The position numbers and the translations under genes are program-made. A stretch of DNA of 64,000 bases from positions 1,984,001-2,048,000 of the forward strand of contig OY762926.1 in assembly GCA_963666735.1 (NCBI GenBank). Reading direction: 5' to 3'. Source of the stretch: Gemmatimonadota bacterium (lineage in GTDB: Bacteria; Gemmatimonadota; Gemmatimonadetes; Palauibacterales; Palauibacteraceae). The notes under the pieces were generated by a model that saw only the letters and a list, made by a program, of their open reading frames with translations, searched no databases and had not been told where the DNA came from. Shown here one piece after another: positions 54,994-64,000 of this stretch (position 1 is the stretch's first letter; every line of letters starts with the position of its first letter).

Positions 54994-56886
54994 ATGTACG
55001 TCGCCACGTTCTACTCCTACAAGGGCGGTGTTGGCCGAACGCTAGCCCTGCTCAATGTAGCGTACGAGATGGCCGATACCGGGCTCAAGGTGCTCGTCGT
55101 CGATTTCGATCTTGAGGCACCTGCCATCCGCGCCGACCGCTGGAAGTCGCGTGGCACCGGGATTACTGCCGCAACTGCCGCCAGTTCCGACCACGCCGGG
55201 ATGGTGGAGTACGTAGGCACATATCTCGATACGGGGCAGGCTCCACTTGTGGCCGACTACGTCGTCGACGCCACGCCCGACGAGTGTGCGGGCGAAATCG
55301 GACTGATGCCGGCTGGGCGGATTAACGACAGTTACGGTGATCGCCTGAACCAGATCGACTGGAACGCCCTCTACGCAGACCACGATGGGTATCTGATGTT
55401 CGAGGACCTGCGGGCGCAGTGGGAGACTCTCGGCTTCCATTACGTCCTCGTGGATTCCCGCACCGGCTTTACCGATGTCGGAGGCATATGCACCCGTCAC
55501 TTACCAGACGCCGTCGTCACGATGTTTCGCCCAGACGACCAGAGTCTGCGGGGTATCAGTGGTGTGGTTCAGTCCATCCGCAACGAGAAAACAACACCGC
55601 GACGGAAGCATGCAATCAACTTGCATTTTGTCATGGCTTCGATCCCCGCCGCCGACGACGAGGATGGGATCCTAGCGGAACATCGTAGGGCCTTCGCTGA
55701 ACACCTCTCCATCCCACGCGGCCACCTTCTCGAGGTCAAGCAATACCAAAGCATGGACCTCTTGACGCAGCCCATCTACACTCGCACGCGGCCGCGCACA
55801 TCCCTGGCTCGCTCTTATCAGGCGCTTGCAAAGGGGATTCGTGCTCTCAACGTGCTCGACCGCGACGGAGTGCGGGATTATCTGCGGCACGCTGGGAAAC
55901 GCCGGCGTTTCCCCAAAGACGACGACTACCTCAAGCGGATCCGGCAAGAGTACGATCAAGACGCGAGCGTGCTGGGGGAGCTTGCCGCGGCCCAATACTA
56001 CCGAGGCTTCATCATCGACGCGGTGGATCTCCTCGAGGCAATGGCGGAGCTGGGGCCTCTGAGTACGAGTCACCAGATGACGCTGGCCGAAGCTCGTCAC
56101 GTCACAGATGATCACGAGGGTGCTGCCAAGGCACTCAAGACGTTCTTTCAGAGCTCGGTTGACGACTCGGATTCCACCGATCCGGAGACCACCTACCGAC
56201 TCGTCCTCCGCGGTCTCAACATGCTGGAAGGACGGGGCGAGGACCGCGCTTCCTACGTTGACGGAAGTCCGGTCATTCGCCGGCTGTCGTCGCCTGACCA
56301 GGCAGCCGTGGCCGGGACTCTAGATCTGTCACCATCCGAGGGGCGCGTCGCAGCCGCAATCCTCGAGAGTGTCCTGCGCGACCCGGAGCTATCCTCAGAG
56401 GAAGGGGAGCGGTGGAAATGGGCGCTAGCGTTCGCTCTTATGACCACGGGCCGCTTTGCGGATGCCAGGGTCTACTTCGTAGAGGCCTCTGAGCAGCCGC
56501 CAAGTCCGTCGCTAGTTCCCTCGATCTTCAACTTGGCGATGGCGATTTGGGCGGATACCGGTACACCAGATCGGGAAGCGTTCAGACGGGTGTTGGAGGC
56601 GGTCGAGGCCGAAGAGGACACATCGACCTGGCTGAACGACAACGCGAACGCCCTTCAGGCGCTTGCGGTCGCGGCGTGGTTCGCAGGAAGGCGGGATGAA
56701 GCGCACGCACACCTGAAGGCGGCAGAAGACGCTATCAAGAGCCGCAAGACGATGATCAGCTGCTGGTCCTACACTCGGGTTTCACGAGACGAATTCCGGG
56801 CCCATTGTGGTGAGATACGTACCTTGCTATCCGGGTCAGACATCGAGCCTGCCTTCATGCGGAGGAATGCCCCTCCAGCACCGTGA
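54994..56886 (+). CDS. ParA/MinD-like ATPase (KGGVGRT variant) fused to a TPR-like helical region
   Basis: TFYSYKGGVGRT, VVDFDLEAP, YVLVDSRTGFTDVGGICT; helical C-terminal region of about 330 aa; TGATG coupling to the antitoxin stop. Confidence 0.8.
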   Translation: MYVATFYSYKGGVGRTLALLNVAYEMADTGLKVLVVDFDLEAPAIRADRWKSRGTGITAATAASSDHAGMVEYVGTYLDTGQAPLVADYVVDATPDECAGEIGLMPAGRINDSYGDRLNQIDWNALYADHDGYLMFEDLRAQWETLGFHYVLVDSRTGFTDVGGICTRHLPDAVVTMFRPDDQSLRGISGVVQSIRNEKTTPRRKHAINLHFVMASIPAADDEDGILAEHRRAFAEHLSIPRGHLLEVKQYQSMDLLTQPIYTRTRPRTSLARSYQALAKGIRALNVLDRDGVRDYLRHAGKRRRFPKDDDYLKRIRQEYDQDASVLGELAAAQYYRGFIIDAVDLLEAMAELGPLSTSHQMTLAEARHVTDDHEGAAKALKTFFQSSVDDSDSTDPETTYRLVLRGLNMLEGRGEDRASYVDGSPVIRRLSSPDQAAVAGTLDLSPSEGRVAAAILESVLRDPELSSEEGERWKWALAFALMTTGRFADARVYFVEASEQPPSPSLVPSIFNLAMAIWADTGTPDREAFRRVLEAVEAEEDTSTWLNDNANALQALAVAAWFAGRRDEAHAHLKAAEDAIKSRKTMISCWSYTRVSRDEFRAHCGEIRTLLSGSDIEPAFMRRNAPPAP

Positions 56887-56933
56887 CTGGCATTGTAGGC
56901 GATGGATTCGGGCACCCCTTGCCTTCATCAGAG

Positions 56934-58463
56934 TCAGTCGCCGATGGGGGGTACGGCCTCCATCAGCAGGGCGATCGCGGCGTTCAGGTTCTCCCCGCCT
57001 GGGCCGGCGCCCGTGTACTTTCCGAGGCGGGTGATGACGAGGCCGCGCGCCGGGATGAACACCGTGTACTGGCCGCCGGCGCCCGCGAAGGCGCCGTAGT
57101 CGTCGTCGATCGGGAACCCGAGGTCCTTCCACACGAAACCGCCGCCGTAGACGGGACGTCCGTCGGCGATCCAGGCCGGGGCGACCTCCATCGCGTAGTC
57201 CACGTAGCCCTCCGGGAGGATGCGCTCGCCCTCCCACACGCCGTCCTGCAGGTAGAGGTTGCCGAGCCGCGCCCAGTCGCGCGCGGAGCCGAACTCGTAG
57301 CCCTGCGTGAGGAAGTTTCCGTTCGGGTCCGTCTCCATGACGAAGTTCCGGATCCCGAGCTTGTCGAACAGGTTCCGCTGCGGGAAGGCGTGATAGTCCT
57401 CGCCGCGTCCCTCCACGCCGAGGCGGACCAGGTAGTTGGTGAGCGCCGGGTCGGTGTTCCTGTATCGTCCCACCGTGTTCGGCTCCCACTGCTGCGGGCG
57501 GGTGGCCGCCCACTCGAAGGCGTTCTCGCCCGTATAGAGGTAGAGGTGGTCGGGATACCCCATCTCCTCCGTGTATCCGGGGTCCTGCGGCGCGACGATC
57601 CGGATGCCGCTCGACATGCGCATGATGTCGCCGATGCGGATGTCCCTTCGGTCATCGCCCTGCCATTCCGGGAGCGGGGCGGGCTGCCACAGCTCGTACA
57701 CGCCCTGCTGGATGAGGACGGCCATCAGCGTGCCGGTGAGCGACTTCCCCTTGGACCAGCTCTCCAGCGGCGAGTGCATGTCGACATCCGGGCCGTAGCC
57801 CTCGCCGATGATCCGGCCCTTGTAGGTGACGACAAAGCCCAGCGTCTTCCCCTCCTGGTCCATCGCGATCTCGACCGCCTGCCCGACCTTGTCCATGTCG
57901 ATCTCGGGCGGATACGGCTCGTCGGGGAGCACGTCCCCCATGGGCCACGGCGTGGTGGCCGGATCCGGGGTGTTGGGCTCGACCACGGACGGGGTGAAGT
58001 AGATCGAGTCCCGGCCCAGCGGATGCGTGATGCAGCCCTGGCTGCCGTACAGCTTGGCCGTGCGCGTGATCCCCGAGCCGAGGGTCAGGCTCACGGTCTG
58101 CGCCTCCATGTCGACGACCGTGTCGACGACCGCGCCCCGGTGCTGGAAGGGCGCTGTGAAGCCGCCCACGTTGGCGGCCGCGTCGCGCCAGTCGAGGCCC
58201 GTGATGAACGTCCCGGAGCAGAGCGTCTTCGCGAACCCCGCCGTGTGGTGCACGATCGGCTCGCCCGGCGGCGGATCCCATTCGGTGGGCAACTCGAGAG
58301 ATTCCCCGCGCGCGATCACCCGGTCCATAACGGATTCGCCGGAGGCTTCCTCCCCGCCGGCCTCGCCGCCGTCGCCCGGCGCACAAGCCGGAAATCCAAG
58401 GAGAGAAAGCGAAAACGCGACACACAGGTGCGCCAGGGAAGCTCGATCACGGATGCAACGCAT
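56934..58463 (-). CDS. Serine hydrolase, beta-lactamase family, probable lipoprotein
   Basis: SWSKGKS (SxxK), YRN, SARDWARLG.LYLQDG, GAGGQ. Confidence 0.88.
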   Translation of the reverse strand: MRCIRDRASLAHLCVAFSLSLLGFPACAPGDGGEAGGEEASGESVMDRVIARGESLELPTEWDPPPGEPIVHHTAGFAKTLCSGTFITGLDWRDAAANVGGFTAPFQHRGAVVDTVVDMEAQTVSLTLGSGITRTAKLYGSQGCITHPLGRDSIYFTPSVVEPNTPDPATTPWPMGDVLPDEPYPPEIDMDKVGQAVEIAMDQEGKTLGFVVTYKGRIIGEGYGPDVDMHSPLESWSKGKSLTGTLMAVLIQQGVYELWQPAPLPEWQGDDRRDIRIGDIMRMSSGIRIVAPQDPGYTEEMGYPDHLYLYTGENAFEWAATRPQQWEPNTVGRYRNTDPALTNYLVRLGVEGRGEDYHAFPQRNLFDKLGIRNFVMETDPNGNFLTQGYEFGSARDWARLGNLYLQDGVWEGERILPEGYVDYAMEVAPAWIADGRPVYGGGFVWKDLGFPIDDDYGAFAGAGGQYTVFIPARGLVITRLGKYTGAGPGGENLNAAIALLMEAVPPIGD

Positions 58464-58597
58464 GGGTGATCCTCCGGTTCGTCCAGGTACGGTTGGGCTC
58501 ATGTGCTCAGTCCGGCAGCGCGGCCTTCGACTGCTGCAGCGTCTGATGAACGTGGTCCGAGCGATTGCGCGTGACAAGCGGGGCGGCGGCGAGACCT

Positions 58598-60136
58598 TCA
58601 GCCCCCGAGCAGCCACGCGAGCAACGCCGTGGGAACGGCGGACAGCTCGGGATCGTCCAGGTCCAGCGCCCGCCTCGTCGCGACGAGGCCGCGCCAGGGA
58701 GATGCCCTCAGGGTGGGGGCAGCCCGCTTCCACCGGTCCCCGTCCACGTACTTCGACTCGATCGCGAGCCCCCCGAACCCGGGCCCGGTGAAGTCGATCT
58801 CCTTGCGGCTGGGCGTCCGGTGATGGAGAACGGCATCGAAGTTCGGGTACCCTCCCGGATCCCTGCGCAGGAAGGAGCGGACCAGGGTCATCCCCAGCTG
58901 CTGCTCGGAGAGGAGCGATAGGTCGACCGGTCTCCGGGGACGCGCCGACAGCACCGCGAAGATGGGGTCGGTAAAGTACGTCTTTTCCTGTGACCGGAGG
59001 GCCGGCGCGAGGCGGTGTTCGCGGTAGCAGGGCCACACGACGAAGCTTTCACGGAGCGCATCGATCCGGCGGCGGACGGTGTTGGCCGACGTGCCGGTGT
59101 CGGAGGCAATATCGCTGCGGTTGGTCGGCGACCCGATGCCGGTCGCCAGTCGGCTCACGAAGGCATCGGTGTGCGCGCGCGACCAGGCGGACTGCCCGAA
59201 AGCCTCTCCCCGGATCACGTCGAGCAGGCTCTCCTTGAGGGCGCGGGCGATCGGCCCGCCGCCTGTTTCGGGGCTCGGGGCGTCGGTCGCGGCGTGTGCC
59301 GCCACGGCCTGTGGAAACCCGCCGACCGCGAGGTACGTCTCCCATCCGTGTACGAGATCCGGCAGCCACGGCGCCAGCCTCCTCGCGGCTTCGTCCAGAA
59401 CCTCGGGCGTCAAGCCGGCCACCGGCAGAGGCGCTCCACCGGCGGGCGGGAGCCTCCCCCTTTCTCCTTCCGCGTCATCCTGCACCCGCAGGAAGCTCCG
59501 GAAGGACATGGGCAGGAGCACGCGGTCCGAGTCCACCGCGCCGCCGCGCCGCCCGGCGAAGGCCTTGACCGCTTCCGTCAGGTCGCGCGCGGAGGAGCCG
59601 GTGAGGACCACAGTATCCAGTCCGAAGCGCAGATCGTTGTCACGCAGCCACTTGATCGCCGGCGGCCATCCGTCCGGGATGGCCGTGATCTCGTCGAAGA
59701 ACCAGAAGCGGCGCCCCGAGGGGGGAGTGATCGAGGCTGCGGCGTCGACGACTCGTCTGAGGTCTGCGGCGGCGAATTCGTCGGCCGCAACGTGGATAAT
59801 GCGGCGGGGATCCTCGCCGCGCTCGATGAGACTCTGGACCGTCTTCTTGATCTCGACCGACTTGCCGACCCGCCGCGGCCCGCGAAGCACGTAGAGGCCG
59901 CCCGGAACGAGCGCCTCAAGCACGCCGGCGGTGTATTCGAACGGAGCCTCCCGGGCCCGGCGCAGGTCCGGGTCGCGCCGAACCCATCCGTCGGGGTCCG
60001 TCCACCAGCCGATACGGGTCAGGATGTCGCGCAGTTCAGCTGTGCTGTGCAGGATCGCCCCCGGAGTGACGCCCAACCGTCGGATGGAGGATATTGTGCA
60101 CCAAATCCGCCATCGCCTGGAAGAAAAAGTATACAT
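58598..60136 (-). CDS. AAA+ ATPase (AAA_14) / DUF4143 protein, second paralog (start uncertain)
   Basis: LRGPRRVGKS, FFDEI, LTGSS, GGFP, KTYFTDP, EIDF..IESKY. Confidence 0.85.
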   Translation of the reverse strand: MYTFSSRRWRIWCTISSIRRLGVTPGAILHSTAELRDILTRIGWWTDPDGWVRRDPDLRRAREAPFEYTAGVLEALVPGGLYVLRGPRRVGKSVEIKKTVQSLIERGEDPRRIIHVAADEFAAADLRRVVDAAASITPPSGRRFWFFDEITAIPDGWPPAIKWLRDNDLRFGLDTVVLTGSSARDLTEAVKAFAGRRGGAVDSDRVLLPMSFRSFLRVQDDAEGERGRLPPAGGAPLPVAGLTPEVLDEAARRLAPWLPDLVHGWETYLAVGGFPQAVAAHAATDAPSPETGGGPIARALKESLLDVIRGEAFGQSAWSRAHTDAFVSRLATGIGSPTNRSDIASDTGTSANTVRRRIDALRESFVVWPCYREHRLAPALRSQEKTYFTDPIFAVLSARPRRPVDLSLLSEQQLGMTLVRSFLRRDPGGYPNFDAVLHHRTPSRKEIDFTGPGFGGLAIESKYVDGDRWKRAAPTLRASPWRGLVATRRALDLDDPELSAVPTALLAWLLGG

Positions 60137-60167
60137 AATCTCCCATGGATGCCAATTCTGCGCACAG

Positions 60168-60187
60168 GACGTTCCCGCGGGAACGTC
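60168..60187. repeat. Perfect 20-bp palindrome GACGTTCCCGCGGGAACGTC (copy 2, parS-like)
   Basis: Same core as 9604-9619. Confidence 0.7.
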
Positions 60188-60202
60188 TCCGGTTCTCCTC
60201 GG

Positions 60203-62551
60203 CTACGGCTGCACGATCCTGTAGTCGACCGGCGGCTCGGCGCCCATGAGGTGCTCGATGAAGTAGTCCCACGTGCGCCGGATCAGGTACGGCTCGCGCG
60301 CGTAGCCGTGGTTCCGGTTCGGGAAGACGAGCATGTCGAACGTCTTGTTCGCCTCGATGAGCGCGTCGGCCACGAGCAGCGTCATGTTCGGGTGCACGTT
60401 GTCATCGAGCGACCCGTAATGGAGCAGGAGCTTCCCCCTGAGGTTCGAGGCGATGTTCTGGTTCGCCTGCGAGTCGAAGCTGTCCGTGCCGTCCGGGTTC
60501 CGTTCGAGCAGCCCGTGGTATTTCTCCCCCCACGGGAAGTGGTAGCCGCGCTGGTCGTGATTGCCCGCCCCCGACACCGCGACCTTGAAGAAGTCCGGGA
60601 AGGTGAGGATCGCGTCCGTCGAGGAGAAGCCGCCCCCGGAGTGGCCGAAGATCCCCACCCGCTCGATGTCGATGGGATAGCGGAGGGCGAGCGCCTTGAG
60701 CGCCGCGACGTGATCGGGGATCCCGTTGTCCCGCATGTTCCCGTAGTAGCTCTCGTGGAAGGCCTTGGAGCGGTACGGCGTGCCCATCGCGTCGATCGCG
60801 AAGGCGATGAAACCGAGCTGGGCGAGCGCGTGGCCCTGGCCCCGCGGCCCGGAGGTGAAGCCGGGCGTGCGAATGGGGCCGATCTGGGGGCCGGGGTAGA
60901 CGTAGTCGATGACGGGATAGACGGCCCCCTCTTCCATGTTCGGGGGGAGCCAGAGGTAGCCGTACACGTCCGTCACCCCGTCGCGCGCCTTCGCGGAGAA
61001 GCGCACGGGGGGCTCCCAGCCGGCCGCGAGGAGCGGGGAGATGTCGCCCTGCTCGACCGTCATCACGGGGCGTCCGGCGCCGTCCCTGAGGACGGTGACC
61101 GGGGCCGTCGAACGCGTGGAATACGTGTCCACGAAGTAGCGGCCGTCGGGTGAGGCGGAGACCGCGTGGTGGGCGTCCTCGGGCGAGAGGAGCGTCACTC
61201 CGCCGCCGTCGAGCGACGCCCGGTACAGGTGATGCCGGTACGGATCGCGCCCGGGCTCGCGCCCCACGCCGGTGAAGTAGACCTGCCGCGCGGCCTCATC
61301 GACCGCCAGAAGCTGGACGACGAGCCAGGACCCCTGCGTGATCCGGTTCTTCATCTCTCCGGTGGCGAGGTCGTGCAGGTAGAGGTGGCCCCAGCCCTCG
61401 CGCTCGGAGAACCAGATGAACTCGGTCCCGTTGTCGAGCACGCGCCAGTTGTAGGGCGTGCGGAGCTGGTTCAGCTCCACCCAGGTGTCGCCGCTCTCGA
61501 CGATGACTCTGCGCGACGCGCCCGTCGCGGCGTCGACTTCAACGAGCGTCTGGCTCTTGAAATCGCGGGAATGGTGCGAGAACCAGACGCGGCCGCCGTC
61601 CGGCGACCACTGCGCGGCGTGCCAGGTCGTGTCCGCGTCGCCGAAGTATCCGACGACGGGATCGTAGTCGGCCCGCACCCGGACTCCGGTCTCGGCGTCG
61701 AAGAGGTGGAGTTGCCAGGTCGGGACGATGGAATCGCCGGGGAGCGCGTAGCGGTAGCTGTGGAGGATCGGACGCCCCGTGGCGGCCTCGAGCAGGTGCA
61801 GGTCCTCGACGTCGCGCTCGTCGTAACGGTGGGTCGCGATCCGGCGGCCGTCGGGCGACCACTCGGCCACGGGCGGCGGCTTGAACTCCCTGCGGCGGTT
61901 CGTGATCTCCTGGCAGCAGCCCTCGGGGGCGACGCCGTAGCCCCAGTGCAGCTCTCCGTCCGTCGAGAGTTGGCGCTCCTCGCCGGAGCCCGTGTCGCGG
62001 ACCCACAGGTTCTCGTCGCGCGAGAAGACGGCGAGCGCGCCATCGGGGGAATCGATCTCGTGCGTCGCCCGCGCGACCGAGTCCGGGCCGGTGCAGCGGT
62101 AGGCGCCGATGTCGCAGTCCCAGCGCTCGTCGGTCTCCGTCCAGAAGCGGATCCCGCCGGACGCGTTGAACTCGAACTCGTCGAAGGGAAGATCCGTCGC
62201 CTCGTGGCTCTCGTCGGAAGCCTCGGAGAGGGCGGCGGCGAGCCGGTCGTGGTCGAAGGCGGGCCGGCGAGTGCGGGCGGCGGCGTCGATCATGATGAAC
62301 TCGTGGCCGCCGAACACCTGGTTGCGGTACCAGAAGCGGTTCGCGTCGACCCAGCGGGGGCTCACCGTGACGCCCGACGTGAGCTTCTCGGCGTGCCAGG
62401 GCAGGAACTGCTCGGCGCGCGCGTACTCGCTCGCGCTCACGGATTCCGGCTGGTAGGGCCGGGATTGGGCGGCGGCGTCGGGCGTCAGCGTGGCGAGCGC
62501 GAGGACGGCGAGCGCGGCGGGTGACAGGCCGAAAATCGAGGGGCGTCTCAC
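60203..62551 (-). CDS. S9-family dipeptidyl peptidase IV-like protein
   Basis: Signal peptide, beta-propeller, YPGPQ, GHSGGG nucleophile, DDNVH, NHG. Confidence 0.93.
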   Translation of the reverse strand: MRRPSIFGLSPAALAVLALATLTPDAAAQSRPYQPESVSASEYARAEQFLPWHAEKLTSGVTVSPRWVDANRFWYRNQVFGGHEFIMIDAAARTRRPAFDHDRLAAALSEASDESHEATDLPFDEFEFNASGGIRFWTETDERWDCDIGAYRCTGPDSVARATHEIDSPDGALAVFSRDENLWVRDTGSGEERQLSTDGELHWGYGVAPEGCCQEITNRRREFKPPPVAEWSPDGRRIATHRYDERDVEDLHLLEAATGRPILHSYRYALPGDSIVPTWQLHLFDAETGVRVRADYDPVVGYFGDADTTWHAAQWSPDGGRVWFSHHSRDFKSQTLVEVDAATGASRRVIVESGDTWVELNQLRTPYNWRVLDNGTEFIWFSEREGWGHLYLHDLATGEMKNRITQGSWLVVQLLAVDEAARQVYFTGVGREPGRDPYRHHLYRASLDGGGVTLLSPEDAHHAVSASPDGRYFVDTYSTRSTAPVTVLRDGAGRPVMTVEQGDISPLLAAGWEPPVRFSAKARDGVTDVYGYLWLPPNMEEGAVYPVIDYVYPGPQIGPIRTPGFTSGPRGQGHALAQLGFIAFAIDAMGTPYRSKAFHESYYGNMRDNGIPDHVAALKALALRYPIDIERVGIFGHSGGGFSSTDAILTFPDFFKVAVSGAGNHDQRGYHFPWGEKYHGLLERNPDGTDSFDSQANQNIASNLRGKLLLHYGSLDDNVHPNMTLLVADALIEANKTFDMLVFPNRNHGYAREPYLIRRTWDYFIEHLMGAEPPVDYRIVQP

Positions 62552-62693
62552 GGGATCCTCCTGGGTTTCTGGACTCCGGAAAGAATAGACCGAAGCGTTC
62601 GCCGGCCGGTAGGGTCGCAAAGGTCGCCGCGCCGTTGCGGAGTCGAACGAGGCGGCGCTAGCGTGCCCGCCGACCCGATCCGAGGAGTTTTCC

Positions 62694-64000
62694 GTGAATG
62701 CGACCTCGTCAGCCGTCCGTCCGAGGCGGCTCTTCCTGGCCAGTTGCGTGTCGCTCATCGCGACCTCCGTCACGTTCGCGGTGGTGGGCGCGGTCATGCT
62801 CACCCTCAAGAGCGAATTCACGCTCACGAACTACGAGGTCGGCCTCATTGGCGGCGCGGCGCTCTGGGGCTTCGCGGTGTCGCAGGTCCTCTTCGCACCC
62901 TTCTGCGACACGCTCGGGATGCGGTTCCTGCTCCGGCTCGCCTTCGCGTGCCATCTCCTGGGGGCGCTCGTCCTGGTCACGGCCGGCGGTTTCTGGCAGG
63001 CGTTCATCGGAGCGCTGACGCTGGCGCTCGGGAACGGACTCGTCGAGGCCGCCTGCAACCCGCTCGTGGCGGCACTTTATCCGGACCGGAAGACGGTCAA
63101 GCTGAACCAGTTCCACGTCTGGTTCCCGGGCGGGATCGTCATCGGCTCGGTGCTCGCCTTCGGGCTCGACTCGGTGGGGCTCACCGCGTGGCAACTGAAG
63201 ATCGGCCTCATCCTCATCCCCACGCTCATCTACGGTCACCTGATGTGGCGGGAGGAGTTCCCGCCGACGGAAGGTGTGCGCGCCGGGGTAAGCATGTGGG
63301 AGATGTTCAAGGCAACGTTCATGACGCCCTTGATGATCGTGATGCTGTTCTGCATGGCGATCACGGCGTCGACGGAACTGGGGCCGAACCGCTGGGTGCC
63401 GGCGGTGCTGGAGGCTGGCGGCATCCCGGGGATCCTCGTGCTCGCGTGGATCAATGGCCTGATGGCGATCCTGCGCTACAAGGCGGGGTTTGCGGTGGAG
63501 CGGCTCTCGCCGACGGGGGTGCTGTCGGCGAGCGCGGCGGTCTCCGTCCTGGGACTGCTCTGGCTCAGCTACGCGGAGACGACGCTGATGGCCTTCGCCT
63601 CGGCTACCGTGTTCGCGGTCGGCGTGTGCTACTTCTGGCCGACGATGCTCGGCTTCGTGTCGGAGCGGATCCCGCGGTCCGGCGCGCTGGGGCTCGGGCT
63701 GATGGGGGCGACGGGGATGGCGGTCGTGGGACTGTGGACGACGCCGTGGATGGGACGGATCGCCGACGAGGTGGGGCACGAGCGGCTCCCGGCGGTCGAG
63801 ACGCAGGCGCTCTTCGCCGATGCGGCGGCAGCCTTCGCCGGGGCCGGCGGGAGCACCGCCCCGGATCTGGCGGCGGCGGGTGAAGCGGTGAGGGAGGCGC
63901 TCGCCGGGGTGGGACCGGATGGCGCAATGCCGGAGTCGGTGACGGCGAACGCGCTGCGGGCGATCATCGACTCCGCGGGCGATGAGACGCTCGTGGAGCG
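62694..64000 (+). CDS. MFS transporter, truncated by the window end (not in ORF track)
   Basis: GTG start after [64 protein letters not shown]; open to the end of the window. Confidence 0.85.
   Translation, partial: MNATSSAVRPRRLFLASCVSLIATSVTFAVVGAVMLTLKSEFTLTNYEVGLIGGAALWGFAVSQVLFAPFCDTLGMRFLLRLAFACHLLGALVLVTAGGFWQAFIGALTLALGNGLVEAACNPLVAALYPDRKTVKLNQFHVWFPGGIVIGSVLAFGLDSVGLTAWQLKIGLILIPTLIYGHLMWREEFPPTEGVRAGVSMWEMFKATFMTPLMIVMLFCMAITASTELGPNRWVPAVLEAGGIPGILVLAWINGLMAILRYKAGFAVERLSPTGVLSASAAVSVLGLLWLSYAETTLMAFASATVFAVGVCYFWPTMLGFVSERIPRSGALGLGLMGATGMAVVGLWTTPWMGRIADEVGHERLPAVETQALFADAAAAFAGAGGSTAPDLAAAGEAVREALAGVGPDGAMPESVTANALRAIIDSAGDETLVE

Larger units (their letters stand above)
53108..54994 (+). 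pseudogene. MqsA-like zinc-finger/HTH antitoxin interrupted by IS3
   Basis: CEMC..CETC plus LTPDEIHALRR..FARLTGFGEA|TLARWE..IQN. Removing the IS and one TSD copy restores a 192-aa frame. Confidence 0.85.

Noticed and set aside
54994..56886. Plasmid or chromosome partition ParA
   Set aside because: Walker A is KGGVGRT rather than KGGVGKT, the protein has a long helical extension, and no parB is adjacent.
58500..58597. Short minus-strand coding-like remnant (..DHVHQTLQQSKAALPD*)
   Set aside because: Too short, with no start codon or recognisable family.

Overview
Very GC-rich bacterial chromosomal segment. The gene content suggests Gemmatimonadota, possibly a marine or sponge-associated Palauibacter-like lineage (inference only). 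Most of the window is housekeeping or metabolic genes: an AGCS symporter, a K+ channel, csoR-copA, apgM, ccmABCD, a sigma-70 factor, peptidases, a gyrA operon with DsbA/VKOR, uvrA, waaA, leuS, acs, proBA and transporters. Small accessory cassettes are scattered among them: two AAA+/DUF4143 genes, a HigBA pair, and a cytosine methyltransferase plus vsr whose NgoMIV-like endonuclease has collapsed to a 20-aa N+C fusion. The best candidate for an undescribed system is a lower-GC, translationally coupled operon at 52.6-56.9 kb. It encodes an MqsR-like toxin, a zinc-finger/HTH MqsA-like antitoxin with a C-terminal tail (split by a complete IS3 element with a 5-bp target duplication), and a KGGVGRT ParA/MinD-like ATPase with a TPR-like helical C-terminus. 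Other notable items: GyrA has Leu (TTG) at the Ser83-equivalent position; there is a ubiquitin-like small protein, a degenerate DEAD-box/DbpA protein, two copies of a parS-like palindrome, P5CS-like proBA, an unannotated 51-aa lipoprotein, and several genes eroded by internal deletions. No rRNA, tRNA or CRISPR array was seen. All family assignments come from motif recognition by eye; no database search was run.
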